Assembly: GCA_964016885.1 (NCBI GenBank)
Contig: OZ024741.1
Location: 353,958,001-354,022,000 of the forward strand
Direction of reading: 5' to 3'
Source: Eledone cirrhosa
Lineage: Eukaryota
DNA: 64,000 bases
Of this stretch, positions 27,644-41,887 are shown one piece after another (within the stretch, counting starts at the first letter, position 1; each line of letters starts with the position of its first letter). A program made the position numbers and the translations under genes. The notes beneath the pieces are model-generated. The model was not told the DNA's origin, searched no databases, and saw only the letters and a list, made by a program, of their open reading frames with translations.

Positions 27644-28112
27644 CAAATAATTTTTTTTTTTTTATCGCTCTACATGAAACTGACTGGCCTATCTGCTGAT
27701 ATGCAAAATTGGTTGATCAGTGGGTCTGCTAATATGCAGCTCTGACTGATCAGACAGTTTGCTAATATGCAGTCACTGTATATTTCAGACATATTTTCAC
27801 TAGCTCTGACAGTTGGTTGGTAAGCAATATAAGGTACTGATGAAGGGTAATCACCCATAAACATTAGTACCTGTCGTTCTGTTTATACGCCAAAACAAGA
27901 GCTGGGATGATGGAGTCATTCTACTGACATTGCTTAAAGAGGCTGTTTGCATAATTGCAAACGAATCGAATATTATTATTGACTTTGCCTTTCATCCTTA
28001 CGGGGTCGATAAAATAAAGTACCAGTAATGAACTGGGTAATTGCTGGCCTTGTGCCTAAAGTAGAAACAATTATTAATATTCGAAAAACTCAGATTACAT
28101 TAACATATATAC

Positions 28113-28160
<48 letters not shown>

Positions 28161-28296
28161 ATGTGTTTACTCTGAATAAGATATCTTAACAATCGCTCTT
28201 CATTGAGATGTTATGTATATTCGTGACAAACTTTGTGTATAATTGAGTAACATATATTAATATATAAAAACCGTAGACCAAATAAACTTTAATCTG

Positions 28297-28347
<51 letters not shown>

Positions 28348-28721
28348 AAGAAAGAAGAGTAACATGGTAGGCTGTACAATGAGGGTTTTATTTAAAGTAC
28401 TGACAATTGTTTCGTTGATCAGATGGATCTAGAGTTCGTTAATCACTTGGTGCTGTGTCAATCGATCTCCAATATATTGTTTATAACTGTTCAACTCATC
28501 AAAGCACATAGAAATGAAAATAATTTGCTCGAGGCAAGACTTATATAGAAAAGTAGCGTAACACCAAAACAATAACATCAATAATAAAATCACTAATAAA
28601 ATAGCGTTTAAATAAAACAATAAACATCAATAGTAAAACATGTATGGTAAATAGATGGAGAAGTTACAGATGTAAATCAGTAAAATCGGATAGGGTACAT
28701 TAAAAAGTAATAGTACTAATA

Positions 28722-29416
28722 AGAAAAACTATAAAACTTTCATACTCTACTGCAGCCACAGCCAATATAGAATCGCACATACGTAAGATCAGCCACAAAA
28801 ATATCTCTAAAGAAATTAACCTAACTACGCGCACCATAGCACCAAATACAAAACACAAACATATAGCAAAATCACAACCACAAATACATCAGAACGCATC
28901 ACAACAAAACATTAATAGGCTTAAATCACAACCCACCCACAACAACTTACAAAAACGCAACAACAAACCTGCACAAAATAAAACCTCAAATTGTAATTGC
29001 CATCTACCAGATAAGTGTCCATTACAGAATAGATGCCTGGATTCCAGCTTGGTATACATGTGTACTGTGAATTCAGGCAACTCTACCTGGCATTACATAG
29101 GTTCCACACCTGGGGAGTTTAAGAAAAGATGGTACGTCCACAGACACTCGATGAGGAACCGCGCATTGGAGAATTCTACAACGCTCGCCAATAAAATCTG
29201 GCAGCTTAAGGACAAATCCTAGAATATAACATCAGTTGGTCGAAATTATCGACAGCCAAAGCCTACAAAAACGGTATGTCCCACTGCGGGCTCTGTAATT
29301 TAGAACTACTACATATTTTAAGGTACGATAGGATGCTGCTCAACAGCAAAATAGAAAAATCCATTTTCTGCAGGCATAAAATAGCTACTAGATTTACGAA
29401 CTTCAAACCACCATGA
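28722..29416 (+). pseudogene. PLE GIY-YIG endonuclease domain (one frameshift near 29218)
   Basis: KTIKLSYST..CNCHLPDKCPLQNRCLDSSLVYMCTV..YIGSTPGEFKKRWYVHRHS..NSTTLANKIWQLK / YNISW..CGLCNLE..LLNSKIE..CRHK. Confidence 0.9.
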
Positions 29417-30081
29417 TTTGAACCAGCAATCCCAAAATTAATACTAAACCACATAGATTTTAACATATAGAATACACACTATCGCACGTGGTGCGATAGT
29501 GTGTATTCTATATGTTAAAATTAGCTATCAAACTGCCAACAAATCACTGGACCATAAATCTCTATACACTTCTTCCACCTCTCTCCACCAAACTCATTAA
29601 GATAATACAACCAGCAAACATTTATCAAAAGCCCTGTCAACTCATATGTATCATAAATCAATTAATCTCTAATTTATTGTCTCTCCTCTGCCGGACCCTC
29701 TACACAAAGTTATCTAGACCTCAAATCTGGTTTCTCATGTAGCACCAAAAACATTTTGTCAAAATCTACTAAAATTTAATTCTATGTACACTTTCTGACC
29801 CCTTTATTCCTTTATTTTATTACTTTTATTTTTTTATTTCTTTGTATTCTCCATCTCCTCATCTTCTTATTAGTACTATTACTTTTTAATGTACCCTATC
29901 CGATTTTACTGATTTACATCTGTAACTTCTCCATCTATTTACCATACATGTTTTACTATTGATGTTTATTGTTTTATTTAAACGCTATTTTATTAGTGAT
30001 TTTATTATTGATGTTATTGTTTTGGTGTTACGCTACTTTTCTATATAAGTCTTGCCTCGAGTAAATTATTTTCATTTCTAT

Positions 30082-30192
30082 GTGCTTTGATGAGTTGAAC
30101 AGTTATAAACAATGTATTGGAGATCGATTGACACAACACCAAGTTATTAGCGAACTCTAGACACATCTGATCAACGAAACAATTGTCAGTAC
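30082..30192 (+). ncRNA. Type I hammerhead in the pLTR, long stem II insert (mirror copy at ~28396-28507 on the - strand)
   Basis: gtgct-TTGATGA-gttgaacag..ctgatcaac-GAAA-caattg-TC-agtac; GUC site; C3U in both arms. Confidence 0.75.
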
Positions 30193-30413
30193 TTTAAATA
30201 AAACCCTTATTGTACAGCCTACCATGTTACTCTTCTTTCTTTAAATATTATTACTCCAAGTATAACCTACATAGTAATTACCGCGAACTCGCTACATAGC
30301 TATGAAAACATCTTGTTGAGTCAAACAAAGCCGTACGTTAAAACTATCCACAACCCGGAGTACTCTAACTGGATTACCTCTAACTGGATTACCTATAACG
30401 ATAACTTGTTATC

Positions 30414-30455
<42 letters not shown>

Positions 30456-30497
30456 GTTAGAATATGTGTAATAAGGCCATTGTGTAATAACCTCCTC

Positions 30498-30559
<62 letters not shown>

Positions 30560-31035
30560 TGGTCTATTCGATTTTTATAGCTTGGTCTATTCGATTTTTT
30601 ATATAGTTGATTATGCTAATTGGGAGAAGAAATGGTATATATTTTATCTGGTGATTCTATAGACATGTTTTATGATATATATATATATATATATATCATA
30701 AAACATGGTGATTCTATAGACATGTTTTATGATATATAGCTCTGATTATTTAATTTATTAACTTTTCATTGAGCCACAATGTGACCCGTTGCAAAACACG
30801 TATATGTATGTATGTATATATATATATATGTAAACCTTTATATGTAATAATCTCCCATTAGGTTGAGATACAAATGTGGCTGTATTGTGCTGTGCTTTCT
30901 AGAAAATAGCCACCAGTCGTAAGCAACTACCACACCCCTTCCAACCTGACCGCTCCTACGTCACGATTCTTAGCCATTTTGAATGTATTCTCGGCGCGAT
31001 CACTTTGGAAAATTTAATCTCTAGATTAGAGCAAA

Positions 31036-31108
31036 CTCCTGAAGAGTCCGATACTCGAATTTCCAAATATATTGGAAATCTCAAAATGCGGATGAAACCA
31101 TGGTAGAG
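31036..31108 (+). ncRNA. Type I hammerhead ribozyme, canonical core
   Basis: ctc-CTGAAGA-gtccg..(atttccaa atata ttggaaat)..cggat-GAAA-ccatgg-TA-gag; downstream 31110-31272 is duplicated at 30629-30842. Confidence 0.8.
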
Positions 31109-32636
31109 GTAAATGGTATATATTTTATCTGGTGATTCTATAGACATGTTTTATGATATATAGCTCTGATTATTTAATTTATTAACTTTTCATTCAGCCA
31201 CAATGTGACCCGTTGCAAAACACGTATATGTATGTATGTATGTATATATATATATATATATGTAAACCTTTATATATATATATAGGTAATGTGTTATGAA
31301 AACCATACAAGGCGTGATTAGGAAATATATTATTTAATTTTATATTTTTGTATGTTTCGTTACTGAGTTATGTCACAGTCTACGTTTTTATTAGGAATTA
31401 TTGCTAATTCCAATCATTTCCGCGCTACAATGGACGTTTTAACATCACCAATTCATCAGAAAATGTGTAACCCCTAGATATTTTGATATGTAAAACTGTA
31501 TTAAATAATATTTTTATAATCACGCCTTGTTAATATGTTTCCTAACATATTAACTATACGTACTCTGTAAATTATTGGAACTTGAAAAAATACCTATGGA
31601 TTAACACTTGGGATATTATCTCGCTGGATTCAATTATATATGTTGAGTTACCCATCCACTTAGTTGACATTTTATTAACTGTTACATAATCATTCTGCAA
31701 GTCTGATATTACCAACAAAAAATAATAATTACTTTATCCTTTACATATATATATGTGGTGGGTAGAAATCCAATGGTCGCACATACATGTTAAGTGTATG
31801 AAACTTTGTTTATATTATATGTGGGGGGGGCGTGTGTGTGTGTGTAATAATAATTGCCATCGTCATTGTCTTTTTCATCAGCCTTATTATTGACCTAATC
31901 AACAGTCGTTATCTTTATCATCACCTCTTCATTGTTATTATCTTTCCTCAATAAAATGTAAAATATTCAGTCTGCATTTCTGTTGTAAACTCATGATACT
32001 CTGACTTCTGTCTTCATTCAGTTTCAAGTTTCATTGCTTGGAATTAATCGGTCAATGCCTTTTGCCGACAATAAATTCTACAGAAATGACTATTGAAATT
32101 GTTATATCATATATCACATCAGTCCTGTTACTTTGAGTCTTCTATTATCGATCCAATTCCATAGGCTAGGCTAAGCTTGTTAAGTAGCTAACTAGTTTTA
32201 TAACCAAACAATAAGTCGAGCAAGGAGAAAGTCAGCGGTCGATATTTCTCTCCCAAAACCAACACCAACAATAACATCAACAACATGACGAAAGCTACAG
32301 CTACAAAACATAAAATGATGGCTTATAAAAATAAAGTGTTGAAGGTTGATTCCTAACATGAAAGATATCAAACCAGTAACCTCTGTTAAGAATTCACGCC
32401 ATTGGTTGCTCATGAAATCCTTAACATAAGTTAAACGTCATCGAGAGATGTGAATGATTTTACGGCGTTCCGCGTCAGAGAATGGGTGAATTGTTGTGTA
32501 ATATATTATATGCTTCTAGTAACTTCTTTCGCTTATTTGAATTAGAAGAAATAAATCGAACATGTATGTGAGCTTATGTTATAAATAAGAATCAATAACT
32601 AATTGTGTATGAGTGTGTGTGTGTGTGTGTGTATGT

Positions 32637-32675
<39 letters not shown>

Positions 32676-32712
32676 CGCGCGCGCGTGAGAGAGAGAGAGA
32701 AAGAGAGAGAGA

Positions 32713-32797
<85 letters not shown>

Positions 32798-33455
32798 TGT
32801 GTGTACATTTGATTTTCGTTTCTCTGTCTGCTATGTTAAATATGCCTTTTGGGGATAATAGGAATAAATCACCTTAATGTACCTTTCGATAGTTTTCAAT
32901 GTTATATTGGAGAGGGGTTATAATCACGATACCTTCTAGATATGCATGCAGCTCCACAGACAAGTTTCAAGAATATAGTTTAATGCGTTGTAAGCGCTGT
33001 GGTATAATTTAATATGATGTATTGCATATGCAACGTCTGCATATATTAATATATTTTGTCTCGTCACAAAGCTCTACATTTATAAGATTTTTAGAGATCT
33101 GACTGAATAAAATAGCCGTCGAAACATTGAAGTCACTGCCGCCTTTTACTTCGGAAAATAAATATTTCGTTCTTATATGGACATGAAGGACTACATTGTC
33201 GGAGATATGAAGCTGAGAAAATATTTCTTTCTTGCCGTTGAATCAAGATGAAATTGTTCCAGCTCAAGTAGGCATTGAGCTTGTCATACGGTTACCAGCT
33301 GTTGGCATCTCGGTGGTAAATATTTATTTCTGACTTAAGTTCAAGGTCATCGGTTTATATAGAAGAAATGAGATTGTTTCTCAAGCATATTTGAATTATA
33401 TGGGAAATATATGGCCAGTATAAAATTCTTTTTTGGCAAAATATCTTACTTATTG

Positions 33456-33640
33456 AGGGTAGGCCCTTTATCTGGAATGTCACTTGCTGTGACACCTACT
33501 CTAGTGACAACCTGGTTCTTACGGCTACCAGCCTAGGCTCTGCTGCCCGCCAAGCTGAAGAGGGCAAACTGTCCAAGTATCGGCCGCTCTCTAGTAGGTT
33601 TGTGGGAGAGCCTGTAGCAGTGGAGACTTCCGGCATTATC
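33456..33640 (+). pseudogene. CRE-clade restriction-like endonuclease fragment
   Basis: GRPFIWNVTCCDTYSSDNLVLTATSLGSAARQAEEGKLSKYRPLSSRFVGEPVAVETSG matches the WDVT..DT..AE..K..KY..P.AVET.G pattern. Confidence 0.75.
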
Positions 33641-36264
33641 CCCCACCGTCCTCCAGGGCAATGTATTCTCCACCCTGTCGGCCGGAACCCAGAGGCAGAG
33701 GGTAAGTTAGTTGGAGGTAGAGGATACTCGTTCGGACATCACACACATATACTCACATACTCAACTACTAACCCATTGATTGTCAAAGTAAGCAAGAGTC
33801 TAGCAACAGCAGTCTTACTTATATAGGGAATAATGTGAAACTGTATGTTGAAACGTTTATGACATTGCTAAAGACATCGGTGGGATGCCTGTAGGAAACA
33901 GCTATAACAAAAATCGAAACTTAGTCGGAACCTTTGTTTCATTCAACGCATCATATTAAACAAGATTAAGGCGACAGTTGCGCATTCTAGTTTGTCAAGA
34001 AATGCAATTAATACATGAGTGAAGGAGAAATCGAGATAGAAGGGGAGAGATGTGATTGATCATCGTATCGCAAGCTATCGATTATATCACAAATCAACAT
34101 TCAGTTATTAATCTAAGAATATTTGGAAGATGTGAATAACTGTAAAAGAGTGAAAAGTAGAAAGATTTAGTCTTGTCTGTATGTGTATATGTGTAATGTG
34201 TGTGGATTGTTTTATTATTATCGACGTATTTCGACTCAAGCAGGTGACTCTTAAAGTGGAATATAAACTTGGATGGCTAAAACTTTGATTGATTGTTACA
34301 AGTGATGTTAGCAAGAATGTTCCACTACATCAAGCAAAGAAGCGTAACAGTTTCATTTTGTGTCAGTTTCCTACAGTGATTTACACAACATTAGATAGAA
34401 CTTCAATCCTCTCAGTCGTTGCTTTCATTACGGCAAGAAGTGAAATACTGAAAATAAGAATTTCTGTAACGTGTTTGATATATTTGTTGAGTGTTGCGGC
34501 TTGGCAGAACATTTTTTATAAAGCATCATTTGATACATTATGGTAATCTGTCGAGGAATTTTTCAAGCTCTTCATTAATTTTAATTACTCTATTCATTAA
34601 ACTTGACGGTCATAATTACTTTTCTAATTCTTCTTTTGTTCTGTCTTTTTATTTGTTTTCAATACTATATGGATTTTTTTTTTCACTGGGATGAGTGCCT
34701 ATTTCTTTTGTAGGAAAGTAGGGTAAATTCATAGCCTTATATTGTTTCTCTCATAGAGGAAAGGTGCATCCGGTGTCGTGTAAAAATCTTTATTTAATTG
34801 ATATATTGTAATAGGAGAGTACTTGTGGTATTAAACTAGGGCGGACGGAACTAATGACTAAAAACACTGCTATTTTATAATGCTATATTGTTACAAAGCC
34901 AGAACTTTGTGAAATTAAAAGGTTTGTGAAATCAATTCGACTCTAGATACACCTGTAGTTGATAACGAACTCGAGCCCGATGTATTTTTAACTTAACATA
35001 AAGAAACCAAACAATCAACCCAGCATTCTATAGTTTCCGTCAACAAATCGCTGATCGAAATAGAATATGTCACTTAAATAGGGAGAAAGGATTGTTGATA
35101 ACAGTTAAATGAAATTAACTCCTAAGTATTATTCGAAAGATTAAATTGAACAACGACATTCTTTGAAAGTATCTTTGGAATTAGTAGTAATCATACAGGT
35201 AAATTATAAGTGCCAAATGATAGCAAAAGGTTCCCAAGAAAAGGTGCCAGATTTTTTAAGAACACCTCCTCCTCAACCATGACTGACCTTATGTTCCTTT
35301 CCAAGGCACGATTCCAGGCAATGTCTTTTGTGGAAGACAAGCAGTTGATTAAGTATGCCAGTCTTCTCTCACCACGCCAATGTTGCCCAATGGAAAAATA
35401 TAAGCTGATACAGCTTGGTATCAGTGTCGTCGAAACTCATTTTACCAGATGAGTGGACTGGAGCAGCATTAAATAGAATGTCTTGCTGAAGGATACAACG
35501 CGCCACCCGGTCAGGAAATCGAACTCACAACCCTACGATCGTGAGCAAAACACTTTATCCAGTAGCTAACGTGCCTTAACATTAACAATCAACACAGTAA
35601 AATCTAAATCTGTAACCCTGTTTAGAATGCTGAAATTAATTTTACGTAAGCGACGAATATTCTTGGAAAGGCATGAACGTCACAATAACCATTTCTTCAC
35701 TTTCAATAAGGCTGTACTCACATTGTTGGATAATTGTGATTTCAAAAGATAAATCAATGGAATTTATTTGTGATAAAACCACAACTACCAACGTTGTGTG
35801 TGTGTGTGTGGGGGGGGGGTTATAGAAATGAAAACATAACTTGTGAATTTTCTGTTTATTTTTAATCAAGAGGTTCTTAAACGGATTTTTTAATGAATTA
35901 GTAAATGATTTTTTTTCTCTCTTTTTTCTCTATTTTTTGAATAATTTATAATTAGTATTACATTTGATATCATCTGAAAATAAAATAAAATGAAAAATTA
36001 TTAGCTTCAAGTTTAACTCAGGTGGAATTTTAAATTGCAAAGATTATGAAATCATGTATCCATGGTGATAGTAAAAAAAAAAAATATGATTATGGCCTTC
36101 CACATAATAAACTGATATAGAAATACAACTTCATGGTTAGTTGAAATCTGTTAATGAGTTAATATTGTTAAAATTTTCACCTAAATGATAATTCTTGCTA
36201 CTATAGTTGATTTTGTTGCTATGGTTTTTGTATTCGTTTAATATTGTTTATTTTTGTCTAGACA

Positions 36265-36428
36265 CAGTCATGGGCAAGCTGCTGCCCGCGAGCTGCCTGT
36301 GGCCCGTGTGGCTTTCTGAATGGCACGCCTAATTTCAAAATTGCCTTTAACGTTTTAGTAATGCGGCCCGCCTTATGATGATCCACATCATATTCGGCCC
36401 ACTGCTCGACAAAGGTTGCCCATGCCTG
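36265..36428. mobile_element. hAT (Charlie-like) MITE
   Basis: TIRs CAGTCATGGGCAA / TTGCCCATGCCTG, internal GGCCCG repeats, TCTAGAC on both flanks. Confidence 0.7.
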
Positions 36429-38827
36429 ATCTAGACACAGTCAATCCATTTTTCAAAGCGAAAACGTTAAAAGACCCGCTTCAAGGGTATTATTGGTACA
36501 AGAGAAGTAAAATGAAGTTAAATTTACAGCTCAAGCTCATGCAGGCTTAGCTGGTCTTCCGCAAGGTTTCGCGGGTGTTTTAATTTTAATGACAGTGGGG
36601 GAAACTAATCCTATCATGAAAATGAACGTGAAATTAAGCGTCTTGTTTAAGAAGACAATGCGCCACCCGATCCAGAAATCGAACATGCGACCTTATGATC
36701 GTGAGTCCAACACCTTCACTACTAAGCCACACTCCTTCACACCCGGAAAGGGAATCGACATGAATTAGAAAACGAAATCATTTCAACCACCAGTAACTTA
36801 CATTTCACTCCACTGCAATCATTAACTTATTTTAATATTGAAAGTTTCTGTCAAGCGAACAATCTGAATCAAGTCAGGAAATGTCCTTCCTTTGGCTAAT
36901 ATAATCTACATTAACTGCTTGAATCGTTATCTTTTTTTTTTTTTTTTTTTCTTTTCCTATCTTCATTTTATCGACAGCAAATTAATATTTAGCTATGTGT
37001 CAAAAGCGATCGACAGAAAGATTCTTTTTACAGTTTCAACAAACTTATGGATTGCTTGAAGTGTTTCAATTTATTTCTTAAATACAAAATTGTACTCTTA
37101 CAGACTATCATCGATTAATGTGATTATTTGTAAGCTTGCTTTTGGGTATTATAAAGTTAAATATAAATTATCACTCTTCTGAAAACCATTTGCACCACAA
37201 ATTGCAAATAAAATAGGAGTGTGAATGGGGAGGGGTGATTAATTATAATGTGTGCTTCTATGGTGGTGGCGGTTGCGTTGTTGTTCTTGTTGCAGCTGCT
37301 GTTCTTGGTGATGATGATGATGAGGAGGAGGAGGAGGAGGAGGAGGGGGGGGGCGAAGAAGAAGAAGAAGAAGAAGAAGAAGAAGAAGAAGAAGAAGAAG
37401 AAGAAGACGGAGGAGGAGGAGGTCATGTACTACAATAAATAAAATCAATATATTTTGAAACATATATTAAGCAGAACTCACCAAGAAATGTCATTAAAAA
37501 CATTATGAGTACTCACGAATATTATATAGATAAGTGCGTGTATGTGTGTGTATATATGTGTGGGTGTGTGTGTCTGTGTCTGTTTTTATAAAGGTCTATA
37601 AAAACAAGTGTTACTGTTTATTTTGTCTCCCCTTATATCCGTAACTTAGTGTTTCGACAAATAAAAATCGATAAAATAAGTAAGTTTTCTTTTTAGTTTT
37701 GTTGCTTTAGGTTTCTATTTTTTCAGTGTAATTTTTGAAACAGTGATAAAAATAAATGGCAATATCAAGTCATTAACTTCCAGCGCATTTCCCTTACCAT
37801 CTTCCGGGTAAACGCCTTTTCCATTCTGTCTGCCGAAGCTGTGGGGCGGCCAGCACGTGGGACCCCATTTGCTCACTATACTGAGAGATGATGGAGGCGA
37901 TGACGGTGGGAGTTCGGCTCTTCCGTGTTCGGATACATTGCATCTGTCAAACGTGTATTTTCATATTTGTGACCACAGACATTTTTCTGTCCTTGTTTGT
38001 CTACATTTCAATACTGTTAGCACAGTTACTAACTGATAGACTGAAGCAGAGAGAGATAGAGTTCATCGTATTGATTGACATCGTAGGTAAGAACGTCAAA
38101 GTCAACTTTGGTGCGATTCAAAAGACTGTATTTAACACTACCTAGAATATTTCTCATTTTGTTAAGTTTCTTATATGTTCACCAACAAACATTTATAAAT
38201 CACTAGTAATATTATCTACGGACACAAATTAAATCTCTATGCGAACAAAGACTCTTCTTTCTAAAACCTAGACTGTATAAACCATCTAGTCTATGTTTCC
38301 TGTTTCAGTCAATCACAGCTGTATGGTTTTGAAATATCAAACATTCAACGTAACAATCTAATACATCTTTAACATTTTCTTCGCATTGATAACATCTGAT
38401 TTGTATAAGTGTTTATTTTATTTTGAAATATATATCATCGTAGCCGACTAATTGAGTCGTTAGAATCTCTTGTAACACTAAACTCCGCCAGTTGCAGACT
38501 GCGCATTAACATGTGATATCTCTCTCCACAAAGTTCGATCACCAGCAGCAGAGTTCAAAGAGCAAAGATCAAGTCCAGTCCATAAGTTGACATTGCCAAG
38601 CTATCGTTTTTGCTGCCGGCCTCTGCTTCTTCTACCAGCCAACCTACTCACACCACGAGTTGATCTTTTTATATGGCCGTATAGTTTGAGTACTCTTGAG
38701 TTGACAATTGATGTAATTGGTCTAAGTTTGGTAATGTGTATCAGCTCACTGATACATATACGGTCGTTAGACTACTTCACGGTATTCGTTTCAGCCGAGG
38801 TCAACGTTACCTTTCATACTTTCGAGG

Positions 38828-39290
38828 TCTTCTTCTTCCTCCTTTTCGTCTACTTATTCCTGAGAGGATCATGGGGGCAGAGTCCTCAAACACTCCCTCC
38901 AGCGGGTCCTATCAAGAGCAACCGTTTCCGGCTGGATCCCCAAGCGAGACCGGCCGAGCTCATGAATGTTATCCAACCATCATGCTCTGGTTCTACCCCT
39001 GGGTCTCCTGCCGGTTGGTTTTGCCCGTAACATTTGTCCAGCGATTCTTTCCTGAGACATTCTAACCACATACCCATAGTATCGGAGCTGCGATCTCTCA
39101 ATTCGGAGAAGTAGCGGCTCTACCTGGAGCGAATCTCTGATCTCCGAGCTACAAACTCTATCGGGTAACGTAACTCCAGATATACTTCGGAGGAACCCCA
39201 TTTCAGCCGCTTCTATTCGCGATCCTCTTCTTTCGGTCATTACCCACGATTCACGAATGTAGGTAAGGGTTGGCATAAATACCGAATTGG
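38828..39290 (-). mobile_element. RTE-clade LINE 3' end inserted into a SINE
   Basis: PTLTYIRESWVMTERRGSRIEAAEMGFLRSISGVTL..IERSQLRYYGYVVRM..GRRPRGR; (GAA) tail; SINE sequence CTTTC..TTTCGAGGTC on both sides. Confidence 0.85.
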
Positions 39291-39394
39291 AGTTAGCGAG
39301 TTTGGATTTTACACCTACCTTTCGAGGTCAAAATAAAAAAAAGTATCAGTCTAGTACAGTGGTTGGTTCTTCCTCTCTCTCTCTCTCTCTCTCC

Positions 39395-39468
<74 letters not shown>

Positions 39469-41706
39469 ATCTATTCATTTATCTATCTAGAAGAAATCGG
39501 CTGTGTTTCCACCTGGAAAGGGATAGAGGCTCCGCTAAGTTAAAAATGCCCAAGACACGCTGTTGTCTATCATGAGTTAAGTGCGTATCACTTTATATAT
39601 TATAACATTGAGTGTTTTAACTTTTTCGTCACAGATTCTACGCAAATAAATCTATCAAAGCAGAATATGTTATCTTTCTTTTGGCTTTGTAGGAGGTTTT
39701 TATTTAGAATGGAAGTAGGATTTGGGAACTGGGGATTTTTACGTGAATATTATGTAAGTAAATCGGAAATGACTTGAATTAGAAACCGGATTGTAGACTC
39801 TAGGAGTTAGTTATTACTCCTCTGTACTTACAATTGAGTGAAACGTTCAAATGAAATTGTAGACAAAAGAAAATACCTGAATTGGGTCGATTCTGAGGTC
39901 AAAATAGTAATGAACTGAAAGTATGACTATTGATATATAATTTTTTTATTTTCTTGAATATGATTGATTATAATCGATCATATTCAAGAAGCGATTGCTT
40001 CTTTGTTTACATCTACTGGTCGATAGATAAGGCTTTAAAATGACAGACAAAAAGTCAGTCTGTTTTTGATGTAATGGTAACGCAGCCTTTCGGCAAATGA
40101 CAGATGTGAGTTAGATTCCCAAAGGCGATACTGTGCACTTTTTCCCTTTCTAGGGACTTATATGCCTAACTTGTTCCATTGTTGCGTTGAAGCTGCTTAC
40201 ATTAAGCTAACATTCATTCAAGATGACTAATTATATTTATTCTTGTAATTCAAGTTAAGCTATAAATTACTTATCAGCACTAAGAAGACCAAATCAGGGA
40301 TATGGCTGTTATAATCCACCATATATAGCATTAGTAGACGGTTTAATGAGAGATAATCCAGCTAGTCTAGTTAGCAATCTAAATTTGATCCTAACGAGAG
40401 CCATTTCATTTTATTTCCTTTGCCGGGCAAAGCATAGAAGATCAATTATTTATTCGGAGCAACACTTTAATTTAAGACTGATAAGCATCTCAAAAGGAGA
40501 CAGCAAGGTTCTATTGAAAGTTGCAGATGGATGAATCGTAAGCTGCAGAGTGGTTAGTAGTTCTTAATTCAAAAATTGACCAACTTAATCATTTATTACT
40601 TCTTTGTTAATAACATTAAAGAGGGTCCCTTAGTTTACAAGGCCTAGTCTTCCGTTAATGTGTCGATATGACCGAACCCATCCTTAGAATTGCAACAAGG
40701 AATGAAAACAAGGTTGGAAAGGTATGAACTCATCAAGTTAATTAATAAAACATTCGTCATTTTACTGTACTCCCGCTTCTTATACCGGTGAGAAGGACAT
40801 ATATGATATTTGTACAGTGTCTTTGATTATTAAATATTTTAGACACAGGCCGACATATATGAATGGCTGACCCTTCTGCTGGCAATCCATTCGAATAAAG
40901 ACAAAGATTCCTGAATAAAATTGAGCAGGTGTAATATGCTTGAAACAATGGTCAAATGTATGTTATTTTTTATTATGTTAAGTTTAAAGGTCATCAGTCC
41001 AGTGACTTAATACCAAGGGTAATATATAATTCATAAATATAATGACTATGATCATGAACTTTTAACTCATAATGGAGTCGTAGGGACAACGAAGTAGTTT
41101 ACGGTGTGTCATATTTCGATATCAGTTTATTAAAATGATTATTCTATGCTCAGTTCGGCTTGGTGGAACCTTGAGCAAGTGTCTTTTACTTTTGTACTAT
41201 ATACCTTCCGGTTGATCAATACCTTCTGAACTTGGTAGATGGAAACTGCAGAAGCCCGTCGCATATATTTTCCGTTCCTTCCTCTTCCCACTCTCTATCT
41301 TCCTATTTCATCTTTTATTCCTTATTCTTTTTTCAGATGAAGAACTAGTGTCCGAAACTTAAAGTCTCTTTTCCTACTATATCAAGCGTTCAATCAATAT
41401 ATTTCTTCAATTGTACTGTGTTCTTTGCTTTGTTATTTCCCTTTACTTTTTGAAAAAAATATATAAACAATATATATATAGAATATTTCTTTGAGGATGT
41501 AGGCCGTTACAACGTCATTACACACATACAGAATAACTTTGTCTTTTACTGATACACATCCTTTCAAAACAACTTACATAATTGTCCCTGTAATAAAATA
41601 ACCTGTTTGGTGGCTGGGGGTGTATTTGTGAGATAGAGGGAGAATGTGTGTGTGTGCGCGTTTGTTGGTGTGTGTGTATGAGAGAGTGTGTGTGCGTATG
41701 TGTGGT

Positions 41707-41740
<34 letters not shown>

Positions 41741-41824
41741 TATATATGTGTGTGCGTGTGTCTATGTGCGTGCTTGCGTGCGTGCGTGTGTGTGTGTGTG
41801 TGCGTGTGTGTGTGTGTGTCTGTA

Positions 41825-41887
<63 letters not shown>

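Larger units (their letters stand above)
28343..30416 (+). mobile_element. 5'-truncated Penelope-like element with inverted 5' pLTR, GIY-YIG endonuclease remnant, 3' pLTR and tail, inside (TA)n
   Basis: 28343-28725 inverted against 29864-30247; coding remnant 28722-29416; tail 30248-30416; TA tracts at both ends. Confidence 0.9.

Noticed and set aside
27833-27872. CTGATGA-agggt aatc accca-TAAA hammerhead-like motif
   Set aside because: GAAA is mutated to TAAA and the stem III/cleavage register is broken; at best a dead copy
28990-29380. Possible selenocysteine recoding in the PLE endonuclease (reported for some Naiad PLEs)
   Set aside because: The conserved Cys positions here and at 56326-56670 are TGT/TGC. 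The interruptions are frameshifts or TAA/TAG, not in-frame TGA.
32196-32355. Possible host terminal exon (ISRARRKSAVDISLPKPTPT..)
   Set aside because: Short, no convincing splice acceptor, no recognisable homology
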